Shown here piece by piece: positions 1 through 9,481 of a DNA stretch of 64,000 nucleotides. Under the pieces are notes generated by a model. It was given only the letters and a program-made list of their open reading frames with translations, was not told the DNA's origin and ran no database searches. Source of the stretch: a virus (taxonomy: Duplodnaviria > Caudoviricetes); the IMG/VR virus record IMGVR_UViG_3300032327_000792; one strand, 5' to 3'. Position numbers and translations under genes: made by a program. The number at the start of each line of letters is the position of its first letter. Position 1 is the first letter of the stretch.

Positions 1-1128
1 CACAGCACGTTCACCTAGTCTCTTGACCAGCTCTTGCCCAGCGGCCACACGATCTACCAACACCAGAGTATTTCCAGTTTCGTTTACTCGAGCAATCACA
101 CTGGCCATAGCATCCAATCTGCCAGACTCTTCCAACAGGTATTTTAATTCACTTTGATAGTTTGAGTATTCTACATGATCCTGTAACTGCACAATGTTCA
201 CGTGACAATTCGATAAGTGGCCCATTTCTTGTAGTTCGCTGGCTGCCAATCTTGAAATTACTGGACCAATACTGACATGTAGGCTTTGGAACTCAAACTG
301 TTCTTTGGGCACAGTACCGGTCAAGCCCCAACGAATAGGAATACGGCTCATTACACCTGTGAGCAATGACTTAAGAGCATCCGCTTTGGCCATGTGTACT
401 TCATCTACCATAACACATACCACATCCTCAATAAACTCTGTGATTGTGCAATCTTCTGCGGCAGAACCCTTCTTGGTATTCTTCAGCAACACATTCAAAC
501 TTTGCCAAGTACAGATGGTATGTGTGCGTCTCCACTCTTTTCTATCACCAAAGTAAACTCCCACATCCAAGCCCATGTTGCGATAGTCATCTTCTGTTTG
601 GGTTACTAGACTTTTGTTGGGCACAATCACAATGGTACGCCCATAGGGTTCACATCGTTGACTCAAGGCCGCTGTCATAATTGTTTTGCCAGCGCCAGTG
701 GCAATCTCTTGCAAGCACTGTGGATTTTTTAAAAAGTTGTTGACTATGGCGCATTGGTAGTCACGCATCATTATGGGTTTGCCGGCGGCAGGATGCTTCT
801 CGGGCCATAACACATGAGCAAAACTGTCTTCGGCCACAGGTTCAAAGTCAAACACAGTCTTGTATTCGCGTTGATCATCTAGCTCAATGTCGTAGTTAAA
901 CTGTTCTAGTATAGGAATAATCTCGGGCAACAAGTTTACATAAGTGCTACCGCCCAGTTGAAAATAACTGACTTTGCCATCCCACCGTCCCAGTCTCACT
1001 GCCGGAAGATATCTAGCATAAGGTACGTCGTATTTGAATTTGTTAACCAGAGCTTTGCGTGCATCAAGTTCTAGTCCTTCAATCTTGATGTTTACTTCGT
1101 CTCTGATTATAATTGTTGCTGTTCTCAT
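1..1128 (-). CDS. uvsW: UvsW-like SF2 DNA helicase (runs off the window start; absent from the ORF track)
   Basis: Manual translation from ATG at 1128: MRTATIIIRDEVNIKIEGL...RDYQ...EIATGAGKT (Walker A)...VMVDEVH (DExH)...GLTGT; ATGA overlap with the stop of the upstream gene. Confidence 0.9.
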   Translation of the reverse strand, partial: MRTATIIIRDEVNIKIEGLELDARKALVNKFKYDVPYARYLPAVRLGRWDGKVSYFQLGGSTYVNLLPEIIPILEQFNYDIELDDQREYKTVFDFEPVAEDSFAHVLWPEKHPAAGKPIMMRDYQCAIVNNFLKNPQCLQEIATGAGKTIMTAALSQRCEPYGRTIVIVPNKSLVTQTEDDYRNMGLDVGVYFGDRKEWRRTHTICTWQSLNVLLKNTKKGSAAEDCTITEFIEDVVCVMVDEVHMAKADALKSLLTGVMSRIPIRWGLTGTVPKEQFEFQSLHVSIGPVISRLAASELQEMGHLSNCHVNIVQLQDHVEYSNYQSELKYLLEESGRLDAMASVIARVNETGNTLVLVDRVAAGQELVKRLGERAV

Positions 1129-1949
1129 TGAGTTAGTCGGTTAGGGTAGTTGTTATTTTTAAATCTTTGCTGTAACTCGTCGAAGTTCAGTATGCGCCCA
1201 ATGGGTATTTTAGCACTCATTTCATCGGGATGCCAATCAGTTATTCCCCAATGTTGGCACCATTGGTCCTTATACAAAGCAAACCATTGTATAAAATCAT
1301 CAGGAATAGGTTTAGGACTTGTGGGTTGCATTGCTATGTTTAATGTAGGAATAAGATTTATCCAGGGCTTACAGACCTTGCACATAAAATCAATGTCATT
1401 GGGTTCTTGATCAAAATAGTACGTCAATGGATTCTTTCCTAGCTCTTGTTCGGTTAAAAAGCAAGTGCCCGGGATAACTGAGTGTACTGCGTATTGTAAA
1501 TAAGATCTATCAAACTTTTTGTAAAGCAATCCGGCATCGTTACGATAGTTAAACAAGATCACTGATGGTTTATTTCTGTGCTGGTTGTGTGTTTCTAATA
1601 GATGTATTGTGTCGTGGGCATAGGTCCACTTGGTATAATGTTTACGATCCTGCGTGTTACACTGTTGAAAATAGATGTCGTGTAAATAGTTTAGATAAGT
1701 TTGATTGTGTAGTTGATTAATGTCAACATCGATACCCAATTCAGTGAGCTGTGCTTGTAGTAATTGTTGAGATTGTTCAATATCATTGTTCAATGGATGG
1801 TAAGGTGTTTCTCGCGGACCAAACAATAAATCCAGTTTCTGAAGTCTACGTATGCAAGAATAATAAAAATCTGCCACTGGATTATTGGCTAACTCTAAGT
1901 CAACTGTTGTGCCATCTGTCCATTTTATTTTTAATAGTTTTGCTGTCAT
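1125..1949 (-). CDS. hypothetical phage protein (274 aa)
   Basis: Long ORF coupled to uvsW, directly behind a sigma70 promoter; no motif recognised. Confidence 0.7.
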   Translation of the reverse strand: MTAKLLKIKWTDGTTVDLELANNPVADFYYSCIRRLQKLDLLFGPRETPYHPLNNDIEQSQQLLQAQLTELGIDVDINQLHNQTYLNYLHDIYFQQCNTQDRKHYTKWTYAHDTIHLLETHNQHRNKPSVILFNYRNDAGLLYKKFDRSYLQYAVHSVIPGTCFLTEQELGKNPLTYYFDQEPNDIDFMCKVCKPWINLIPTLNIAMQPTSPKPIPDDFIQWFALYKDQWCQHWGITDWHPDEMSAKIPIGRILNFDELQQRFKNNNYPNRLTQ

Positions 1950-1955
1950 TGATTA

Positions 1956-1984
1956 AGTATATACTTATCTAATACAAAAGTCAA
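1956..1984 (-). promoter_or_regulatory. sigma70-type promoter TTGACT-17-TATACT
   Basis: -35 at 1984-1979, -10 at 1961-1956, 17-bp spacer; ATG 6 nt after the -10. Confidence 0.7.
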
Positions 1985-2014
1985 AAAAACCGGCACCTTT
2001 TTAGGGGCACCGGT
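1983..2014 (-). terminator. Rho-independent terminator downstream of the AAA ATPase
   Basis: Minus strand ACCGGTGCCCCTAAAAAGGTGCCGGT hairpin (two G-U pairs) followed by T7. Confidence 0.65.
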
Positions 2015-2054
2015 ATAAAATGAGCAGTATCTCTACTGCTCTGGAGCTAACCAA

Positions 2055-3083
2055 TTATGTTGCTTTCATACAAGTTACGCGAGCCATGTCTCTCCAACGA
2101 AGTGCAAAGCTCTTGCGTAATTGTGCTATCTTGATTGCCATACGTAGCGACACTTCACGCAATGAGTTCTTGTGCTCTTCCAAAAACTCAATCACTTCTG
2201 TCTCTGCTTCTTTGTCTAAGTCCATGTTTTCAAACAATGCACCGTCAGAAGCAATTTGTTTGATACGCAAGATCTTGTCACGCATGGTGTCCAGAGTCAA
2301 ATCCAAATAGTGACAACGACTTTGTAATGCATCCAGGTGATCCTTGAGCTTTTGGCTTTTCATCTTGTCAAACTTCAAGTTTGTGATAAAGATGATTGAA
2401 CCGTTGAAGTTAAACGAATCCGGAATTCCTTCACGACGCAAACTGCTGGATTCTGATAACCATGAAATCTTACGCTTGGAACCAGAGTCCAACGCACCTT
2501 TCAACAAGTTAAGAGCCACGTCATCTACCAAGATTGAGTCGCAATCATCAAACACCAACATACAGTTCTTGTCAGAATACTTGTACAATGTTTGATACAG
2601 GCCAATAGGTGTGGCACTACCTTTTACAACTTCTGCTCGCAATCGCTTGCCTGACAACTTGTCAAACAAACAGGCCTGTTCCACAATCTTTTCTACACCA
2701 TAACTTTTTCCCACGCCCGGGGGTCCTGACACAATCATGGCACGGATGTCGCCTGTGGTTGCTGCCTTGGTCATTTCGTCCAAGATTTGAAAACGGGTAC
2801 GAATGCGTTCAATGGCTTGCTCATCGGTTTCTTGTACAACTTCTGTATGAGCCATTGGTGCTACAAATTCACCTACAGGAACTGATTCGGCAGTAAATTC
2901 AACGTCTTCAATTGAGTCTACTTTGACACGCACTTCATCAAATTCTGGCCCAAAGTAGCCATCTGATTTAACTGTGACAAAGTTGCCCTTGGCTCCAGTT
3001 TGAAAACCTTTTACCAATTGAAAACTTACATTGGCCACAGGCTTGTTCCTATAACTGCCTGATTTAATTGTAATTGTTGACAT
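2055..3083 (-). CDS. AAA+/P-loop ATPase (probable start MSTITIK at 3083)
   Basis: Walker A GPPGVGKS, Walker B LVFDDCD, sensor-like IIFITN and SRCH; AGGAG RBS before ATG 3083. Confidence 0.8.
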   Translation of the reverse strand: MSTITIKSGSYRNKPVANVSFQLVKGFQTGAKGNFVTVKSDGYFGPEFDEVRVKVDSIEDVEFTAESVPVGEFVAPMAHTEVVQETDEQAIERIRTRFQILDEMTKAATTGDIRAMIVSGPPGVGKSYGVEKIVEQACLFDKLSGKRLRAEVVKGSATPIGLYQTLYKYSDKNCMLVFDDCDSILVDDVALNLLKGALDSGSKRKISWLSESSSLRREGIPDSFNFNGSIIFITNLKFDKMKSQKLKDHLDALQSRCHYLDLTLDTMRDKILRIKQIASDGALFENMDLDKEAETEVIEFLEEHKNSLREVSLRMAIKIAQLRKSFALRWRDMARVTCMKAT

Positions 3084-3116
3084 CTTTTTAGCTCCTACTT
3101 TAGTTAATATACTAGT

Positions 3117-3145
3117 ATTGTAACGCTGATGCCGTTTCTGGTCAA
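3117..3145 (-). promoter_or_regulatory. sigma70-type early promoter TTGACC-17-TACAAT
   Basis: -35 at 3145-3140, -10 at 3122-3117, 17-bp spacer. Confidence 0.75.
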
Positions 3146-3231
3146 CCAGAGTTGTCCATAGATCGCGCCTTAGTTTATAGCTGCGTAAGTGCTTGATTTT
3201 TAAGCGTTTTTTTATTGTTCTTTTGTTGCAG

Positions 3232-3567
3232 TTACGCAACACCGTAATACATCGCATCTAATTCTGCCATTGCTTCTGCTTGCTCACGCTCGCGTTCTTG
3301 GGACAACCACTGAGCTTGTTGGGCTAATTCTGGGTTGGGTTCTTCGATGATCCAACCTTGCTCACGCAATTGCTCACGACCTTCAAATGTCTGTTTGAGC
3401 TGGTCCATTTGATCGTGTAAAAGATTGATTTGAATCACTAGATATTGTTTACTGTTCCACTCAGTGGCGGATGCAAATCTTGGACGGAAGCCGTTGAAAT
3501 CTTTGTGTAAATCACTATAGTAACCCTGTAATTCTTCTACTGAAAAATCTTTAAATTCACGTACCAT
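3232..3567 (-). CDS. small hypothetical early protein (start MVREF at 3567)
   Basis: GGAG RBS and its own promoter; YSDLHKDFNGFRPR resembles a motif recurrent in small phage proteins. Confidence 0.7.
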   Translation of the reverse strand: MVREFKDFSVEELQGYYSDLHKDFNGFRPRFASATEWNSKQYLVIQINLLHDQMDQLKQTFEGREQLREQGWIIEEPNPELAQQAQWLSQEREREQAEAMAELDAMYYGVA

Positions 3568-3597
3568 TGTTAGCTCCAAAATCTAATTTATAACAAC

Positions 3598-3626
3598 ATT
3601 GTAACAAAAAGTCTGTTTTTGGTCAA
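3598..3626 (-). promoter_or_regulatory. sigma70-type early promoter TTGACC-17-TACAAT
   Basis: -35 at 3626-3621, -10 at 3603-3598; same GGTTGACCA...GTTACAAT frame as the 3117-3145 promoter. Confidence 0.75.
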
Positions 3627-3630
3627 CCAT

Positions 3631-3660
3631 AAAAAAACCCTTGTAAAAACAAGGGTTTGT
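3631..3660 (-). terminator. Rho-independent terminator
   Basis: AACCCTTGT-TTTT-ACAAGGGTT perfect 9-bp stem followed by a T run on the minus strand. Confidence 0.8.
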
Positions 3661-3679
3661 GATGTAATATTTTGTAGTA

Positions 3680-4396
3680 TTACGGAAGTGGTACGCCTGG
3701 CGCAATTTGAAGAGTAGCCGAAAATACATCCCCAGCTGACAATTCCCACCACCATGGTCCATTCAAATTTCCTGTACGATCAATGGGTTGGGCAACACCG
3801 TTGATAGTAGCATTGGCCCAAGTGTTACTCACTGAATCAACAAAATCGGGTAATGCTCCAAAGCCGTCGGGCCCCGAACTCAACTGGTTAATCACTGCGT
3901 TGTGAGCATTGATTATAGCCTGAACATCTGCTGGATACGGAAAACTAGTAATTGCTTGTATCTGTGCTATTTCTTCAGCGGAAAACGGAGGATTTGCAAT
4001 GTCAATTGTTACTTGTTGTTTTTGGGCAACTGTTGAATTTGGATCTGTAACAATGGCCTGTTGTGCTGGGGTCAATGCTGGGTTAAAATGCGGATCTAAA
4101 ACATAGTTTGAAATAACTGAGCCGAACCATAATGGGCCACCCGATGCCTGAATGGTTAAAGTTGCAGTACCATTATACTCAACTGGCTCGCTGATGCTGA
4201 ACAATGCTGTTTTTGATGATTCTAACTGTTGTTGTAACACGCTACGTGCATCCACGGAAACGTTTGTAACACTGATGTTTTGGTCGATTGTAGGAATTGT
4301 ACCATTGTGTACAACATTTCCGTTCAATGTAGCCACTACTGATACAGGTGTTGGGTTGTATCCTTGTCCGATTATATATATGGTTCTATTAGTCAT
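3680..4396 (-). CDS. hypothetical, probably virion-associated protein (238 aa)
   Basis: ATAAATA late motif and GGAGG RBS upstream; beta-rich N/T/V composition like the structural genes. Confidence 0.6.
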   Translation of the reverse strand: MTNRTIYIIGQGYNPTPVSVVATLNGNVVHNGTIPTIDQNISVTNVSVDARSVLQQQLESSKTALFSISEPVEYNGTATLTIQASGGPLWFGSVISNYVLDPHFNPALTPAQQAIVTDPNSTVAQKQQVTIDIANPPFSAEEIAQIQAITSFPYPADVQAIINAHNAVINQLSSGPDGFGALPDFVDSVSNTWANATINGVAQPIDRTGNLNGPWWWELSAGDVFSATLQIAPGVPLP

Positions 4397-4453
4397 GGTC
4401 TTTCCTCCATGTTTATTTATGCTGCAGATTTATTTTTGCAATCAATTGCAACA

Positions 4454-5260
4454 TTATTTCCAATTTTTTATTACCACCAAATCCTGTGTTTGATCTGGTT
4501 TGGGATCCCCGTGAAATACCAATATAGCTGTACTGTCATTGATGTTGGTGCCCGACCCTGGAGATTTCCACATTCTACGCTTGAAATCATATCCGCCATC
4601 CAAGCACTGCCAGCGCCAGCTTTTTACCAGATCTGTGTTGAAATATCTACGTTGTTGCTCCGTAATTACAGAATTAATGTAATCTTGATCTCCGTGAAAT
4701 CGTTTTATTGTTTGTGCTAGATCTAACTCTTGAAAATTACGCCATACCCAGTCAAACTGTGTGGTATCCCACCACATTATACTGGAATTAATTGATTGAT
4801 ACATTGGACGCCAAATATGCTTGAAGTCTTTGACCGCCCAAAAATGTCGGAGTTTTAATTGCCAGATCCAGTCTATGTTTTTTGTGATGACCACGTCTAA
4901 ATCAAAATATAGCAACGAGCCACGATGGTGCTCAGTGTTAAACAATTGTACTTTGTACCACCATGCTTGTTTGGGTTCAGTGATGTTCCAATCAGTTAAT
5001 TCGTGCTTGATATAAGGTGTCGGAACTGTTCTATTGCTTTCTGTGTAAACATGTAGACGCACCGGGCGAGACAGGTTTCGAGATAACATGTTATACAAAG
5101 TATCGACATATTGCCAATGATATTTGTTGCCATGGATTACACAAGCACAGTCAATAGGAGTAGTAACAGTTGGAGTTTCCAAACACGTGGGTGCAACAAC
5201 TACAGGACCATCTTTGCTGTGTCCTTTTAATTGGCGTTTTTGTTCTTTGCTTAGTGTCAA
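4454..5260 (-). CDS. GT-A fold glycosyltransferase (GT8-like); probable TTG start at 5260, not 5530
   Basis: WWYKVQLF, LYFDLDVVI (DxD), GDQDYI and VFHGDPKP motifs; the track extension overlaps the divergent gene; TAAATA lies 7 nt before TTG 5260. Confidence 0.75.
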   Translation of the reverse strand: MTLSKEQKRQLKGHSKDGPVVVAPTCLETPTVTTPIDCACVIHGNKYHWQYVDTLYNMLSRNLSRPVRLHVYTESNRTVPTPYIKHELTDWNITEPKQAWWYKVQLFNTEHHRGSLLYFDLDVVITKNIDWIWQLKLRHFWAVKDFKHIWRPMYQSINSSIMWWDTTQFDWVWRNFQELDLAQTIKRFHGDQDYINSVITEQQRRYFNTDLVKSWRWQCLDGGYDFKRRMWKSPGSGTNINDSTAILVFHGDPKPDQTQDLVVIKNWK

Positions 5261-5300
5261 GATTCTATATTTACCGTTATATACGCACATAAATATCTTT

Positions 5301-6065
5301 ATGAAAAAAATTGTATTGGTAACAGGTGGGTTTGACCCAGTCCATAGCGGACACATAGCGTATTTTAAATCTGCACGATCAATGGGCGATATGCTGATTG
5401 TGGGCTTAAACAGTGATGAATGGTTGGAACGCAAAAAAGGTCGAGCATTCATGCCCTGGAACGAACGTTTGTGTATTGTCAATAACTTGGCCATGGTCGA
5501 TGAAGTGTACACATTTGATGATGAAGACAACAGTGCCCGACATTTTATTCAACAGGTGCGAGCACACTACCCTGCGTCAGAGTTAATTTTTGCCAATGGC
5601 GGTGACCGAACTCAAGACAACATACCAGAAATGGATGTAGTAGATTCAAATTTGACTTTTGCGTTTGGAGTTGGCGGATTCAATAAAGCTAATTCTAGTT
5701 CGTGGATCCTTGAAGAATGGAAAGCACCCAAGACAGAAAGACAATGGGGATACTATCGAGTGTTACACGAAACTGCTGGTATGAAGGTAAAAGAACTCAC
5801 TGTGAATCCTGGATGCAGTTTAAGTATGCAACGACACTGGAAACGTGCTGAGTATTGGATTGTGAGTGAAGGTAGTTGCGTAGTCAACATGCGGATGGAT
5901 GGCGGCTATCAGTTGCCCAGTGTTCAATTGAACAAACACCACAGCCACAAAATACATGTTGCTGAATGGCATCAGCTGACCAATCCTGGTGATGTACCGT
6001 GTAGAATTGTAGAAGTGCAATATGGTGAAAACTGCCGTGAAGAAGACATTGAAAGACAAGCATGA
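5301..6065 (+). CDS. RfaE-II/HldE-like nucleotidyltransferase fused to a mannose-6-phosphate-isomerase-type cupin
   Basis: TGGFDPVHSGH (HxGH), GLNSDEWL.RKKG and ANGGDR; C-terminal WGYYRVL...VKELTVNPGCSLSMQRHWKRAEYWIV...WHQLTN cupin. Confidence 0.85.
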   Translation: MKKIVLVTGGFDPVHSGHIAYFKSARSMGDMLIVGLNSDEWLERKKGRAFMPWNERLCIVNNLAMVDEVYTFDDEDNSARHFIQQVRAHYPASELIFANGGDRTQDNIPEMDVVDSNLTFAFGVGGFNKANSSSWILEEWKAPKTERQWGYYRVLHETAGMKVKELTVNPGCSLSMQRHWKRAEYWIVSEGSCVVNMRMDGGYQLPSVQLNKHHSHKIHVAEWHQLTNPGDVPCRIVEVQYGENCREEDIERQA

Positions 6066-6748
6066 TCCCTATTCCAATCTTTGTTGGATATGATCCGAGA
6101 GAAGCTGTGGCCTATCATACCTGCGCTAACTCAATTATTAGACAGGCCAGTCAACCTGTGGCCATTGTGCCTTTGGCATTGAATTTGTTCACGGACTACA
6201 ACGAAACACACACAGATGGTAGCAATCAGTTTATCTACAGTAGATTTTTAGTTCCGCATTTAATGGGCTACTCGGGCTGGGCTATCTTTATAGATGGTGA
6301 CATGATTGTGCGTGACGACATTGTCAAACTTTGGAACTTACAGAAAAGCCACGTTGACGTTATGGTGGTCAAGCATGATTACAAAACACGAATGACTGAA
6401 AAATATCTTGGTTCCAAGAATGAAGACTATCCACGTAAAAATTGGTCGAGTGTGATACTGTGGAACTGTGCCAATCATCCCAACAGAAAGCTAACTCCAG
6501 AATTTGTCCAACAAGCCACTGGAGCATACCTACATCGGTTTAGTTGGATTGACGACAACCGTATTGGAGAACTACCTCCGGAATGGAACTGGTTGCCCGA
6601 CGAATACGGTGCCAACCCCGATGCCAAACTGCTACACTACACACTGGGTGCACCATGCTTTCACGAGTTTGCCACAACACCACAAGGTGACGAGTGGCAT
6701 CGCGAACACATGTTGGCTGACTATTGTTTGCAACGATCTACAGATTAA
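6062..6748 (+). CDS. glycosyltransferase, CDI-like/GT8-related
   Basis: IFVGYDPREAVAY, FIYSRFLVP, FIDGDM (DxD), YPRKNWSS, LLHYTLGAP. Confidence 0.8.
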   Translation: MIPIPIFVGYDPREAVAYHTCANSIIRQASQPVAIVPLALNLFTDYNETHTDGSNQFIYSRFLVPHLMGYSGWAIFIDGDMIVRDDIVKLWNLQKSHVDVMVVKHDYKTRMTEKYLGSKNEDYPRKNWSSVILWNCANHPNRKLTPEFVQQATGAYLHRFSWIDDNRIGELPPEWNWLPDEYGANPDAKLLHYTLGAPCFHEFATTPQGDEWHREHMLADYCLQRSTD

Positions 6749-7386
6749 ATCCAGTGAGCCTGGACCAATGAATGATAGCCCATGGTGCTGGGCTTTTGTG
6801 ATACTTTTCTAAACAGCAACATTTTTATCTGACTGAGATCTCTGCGTACATCTTTGTGGCTTGCTATGTGAAACCACTCCGCAGGGCAATGATCAGTGAG
6901 TACAGTGTGTGGAGTGTACTCACTGATGATAGCTTGATCACCATACAAAGGCGGAACGCTATACAATGACTCCCAATGGCTCAGTGGCTTGTTGACGAAT
7001 GTATTCCAGAGATTGCTGTGATCTCCGTGCCAATACATAAATGCACTGGAGTGTATGTTTTTATCTGCTTCAATCCACATCACAAATTGTTTGTGTTGAA
7101 TACGATCAATTATGTCATCAAGGTTGCCACAAATCACAGTGTCTAAATCTAAATACAAGGATGGACCTGTGAGTGCGCCAGGTTTGAACAGTTGCATTTT
7201 TGACCAAAATCCATAATCACCCGATTCAAGTTCAATTCTTTCACAGTTGACCGCACAGTCACTGAAACAAACAAATCGATGTGGTTGGGTTAAATTGCGT
7301 TGAACACCACGTTGTAATTTGTCAACCCATTCAGCTGTGTAACCTACTTTGCCGCCTTGGCGCAACACACATACAACGTTAAGCAT
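6745..7386 (-). CDS. GT-A glycosyltransferase, paralogue of 4454-5260
   Basis: FWSKMQLF, LYLDLDTVI, GDQAII. Confidence 0.75.
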   Translation of the reverse strand: MLNVVCVLRQGGKVGYTAEWVDKLQRGVQRNLTQPHRFVCFSDCAVNCERIELESGDYGFWSKMQLFKPGALTGPSLYLDLDTVICGNLDDIIDRIQHKQFVMWIEADKNIHSSAFMYWHGDHSNLWNTFVNKPLSHWESLYSVPPLYGDQAIISEYTPHTVLTDHCPAEWFHIASHKDVRRDLSQIKMLLFRKVSQKPSTMGYHSLVQAHWI

Positions 7387-7918
7387 AGCGTTCTAGTACC
7401 ACTAGTCCAGAGCCCCGATTACAGTGTTCTATGATATGCCATTCATGATTGTAATGCAAAAATGTAATCACGGCCTCAAACACTCCAGGCCACTCGGTGG
7501 GATCGTGAAGCACAATATACTTTTGAGCACGACAAGCATGACGATCTAACTCTGCCAAACAATGTTTTTTGGTATGCACAGTATCAATAAAAAGTAAATC
7601 GCAAGGCTCAATTTCTATTTCCAGACTGTTGGCTATGGCAAATTCAAAGTCAACACCACTGGTATTGGCACAATGTTTTAGTTCATCCAATATAGACAAG
7701 TAGGTGTCTGTGATATCATAACTGCGTAATTTTTTTGGACTGCCAGATAACCAGGCACAGGTACTGAGTCCGGTGTAAACACCAAACTCAACTATGCTGT
7801 CAACTTGGCTGGCATATCGTTGATAGGTATCAAACCGATCTGGACTATCGCCTAGCCAAGCAATGGGTTGAATTTTTAGTTCAATGAAATCTTTTCGAAG
7901 TTCTTGTAAGTTTCTCAT
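7379..7918 (-). CDS. class I SAM-dependent methyltransferase (start MRNLQ at 7918)
   Basis: VEFGVYTGLST, DLLFIDTVH, YIVLHD. Confidence 0.75.
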   Translation of the reverse strand: MRNLQELRKDFIELKIQPIAWLGDSPDRFDTYQRYASQVDSIVEFGVYTGLSTCAWLSGSPKKLRSYDITDTYLSILDELKHCANTSGVDFEFAIANSLEIEIEPCDLLFIDTVHTKKHCLAELDRHACRAQKYIVLHDPTEWPGVFEAVITFLHYNHEWHIIEHCNRGSGLVVLERYA

Positions 7919-7922
7919 AATT

Positions 7923-8606
7923 TTAACCAGCATATTTGTAAACAGTGTCGTGAACCCACGCAACGTGAATTTCATAATTCCACGATTTTAACAGATTGTT
8001 AATTTTTTCTTGTGACCAGCCATATTCATCACCGCTGCCATTTGTTTCCAACACAATCAATGGCCGTGATTTGGCAATGGTTTCTTTGGCTCCTAGCAAC
8101 GCAAATGCTTCAAATCCTTCTATGTCTAAATGTATTAAATCTGGATCTAGATTCAATGAATCAATTGTGATTTGTTTTATATTGCCGTGCCCTTTTATTT
8201 TTAATGCACCAGTGTTGGTTTCATTCCATCTTGGGTTGGTTTCTAGTTCAATCATTGATTCTATATCACCTAAGGCTGCTTGATACTTTACAACATTTTC
8301 TTCTGGAACATTGCGACACAAACAAGTAAAGTTTCTATGGTCTGGTTCTAGTGTTACAACTGATCGAAACAGTCGACTATACTGTTTGGGATAAAGTCCA
8401 GCATTGCCGCCGGCCTGAACAACTAAGTTTTTACGTTCACACAAGCAGGCAATTTGAACAGGCAAATCCCAATGCCCTATTTTGTTTAACCATTTCCATG
8501 CCCAGATATCTTCGCTAGGCCACAACCATGCTCCAGAATGCCTACGGCTTTCTCTATATTCTAAACCCAGCAATTCATCGGTATCTTGCACCCTGTGTTC
8601 CTTCAC
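7923..8606 (-). CDS. FkbM-family methyltransferase (true start may be GTG 8591)
   Basis: VQAGGNAG, LEPD, AALGD, IHLDIEGFE...LLGA...RPLIVLE. Confidence 0.85.
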   Translation of the reverse strand: MKEHRVQDTDELLGLEYRESRRHSGAWLWPSEDIWAWKWLNKIGHWDLPVQIACLCERKNLVVQAGGNAGLYPKQYSRLFRSVVTLEPDHRNFTCLCRNVPEENVVKYQAALGDIESMIELETNPRWNETNTGALKIKGHGNIKQITIDSLNLDPDLIHLDIEGFEAFALLGAKETIAKSRPLIVLETNGSGDEYGWSQEKINNLLKSWNYEIHVAWVHDTVYKYAG

Positions 8607-8635
8607 TATAAATAAACGACTACTATTATTTATTC
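8607..8635. promoter_or_regulatory. divergent pair of T4 gp55-type late promoter motifs
   Basis: TATAAATA on + at 8607-8614 and ATAAATA on - at about 8627-8633, between divergent genes. Confidence 0.55.
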
Positions 8636-8638
8636 ACC

Positions 8639-9481
8639 ATGAAAGCCTACATAATTTACCTTCCAGACCGTGAACACAGCGTAACGCACAGTGCGTACAT
8701 GTTGGAGACACTAAAGTCATATGGACTAGACGCTTACTTGCACAAAGGTGTACCCGGTGATCATGCGGTAAAACTTGCTGCCAGATCCAAAAAAACTCTG
8801 TATCCTTACAGCATTAAAAATCGCACCATCAACGACGCAGATCTTAAAAGACTAATTCGTCCTGAATTATACGAAGAATTCAAAAAAAGATATCACTACA
8901 CAATCATTGAACGTCAACTGATTGGCGAAAATCACATAGGCAAACTAAGTCGTCCTGGGGTAGTCGGATGTTTTTACAGTCATTATTCATTGTGGGAAAA
9001 ATGTGTTCAACTCGGCGAACCTATAATGATCTTTGAAGACGATGTTAAGTTTTATCGAGGTTGGAATCCTATATCGTTCACCGGTGTTTTAATATTGAGT
9101 CTTGGAAAATCAAGTTTTTTAACTGAGCCCAACAAAACTTATTTGGAAAATCCCACTGGTGTGCCACGTGCAGTACCATGGAGAAATTTCAGCATGCCCG
9201 GTGCCAGTGGATACGCTCTTACCCCAGACGCAGCTCTGGGCTTGATCAAGTTTTATAGACCTTATTGGTATCCTGCAGACAATGCTATCAATCAGTACAT
9301 TACACCCATGTACATACACAACTATATCATGGGCCGAAACACATTGCCCGAAGAAGGCAATATATCCATGACCAAGTCAAAGGATTGGAATCAAGCAATG
9401 GGGACTGAAATAGTCGACAATGACTACAAAGAACTGGTTATTACTGCATCAACCGATCCCGGCACCGAGATTGATCAATGA
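8639..9481 (+). CDS. glycosyltransferase family 25-like
   Basis: AYIIYL..R, GCFYSHY.LW, MIFEDD, PADN. Confidence 0.85.
   Translation: MKAYIIYLPDREHSVTHSAYMLETLKSYGLDAYLHKGVPGDHAVKLAARSKKTLYPYSIKNRTINDADLKRLIRPELYEEFKKRYHYTIIERQLIGENHIGKLSRPGVVGCFYSHYSLWEKCVQLGEPIMIFEDDVKFYRGWNPISFTGVLILSLGKSSFLTEPNKTYLENPTGVPRAVPWRNFSMPGASGYALTPDAALGLIKFYRPYWYPADNAINQYITPMYIHNYIMGRNTLPEEGNISMTKSKDWNQAMGTEIVDNDYKELVITASTDPGTEIDQ

Noticed and set aside
305-680. Short + strand ORFs at the window start, and similar sub-170-aa antisense ORFs throughout
   Set aside because: They lie opposite well-supported genes such as uvsW and have no supporting signals
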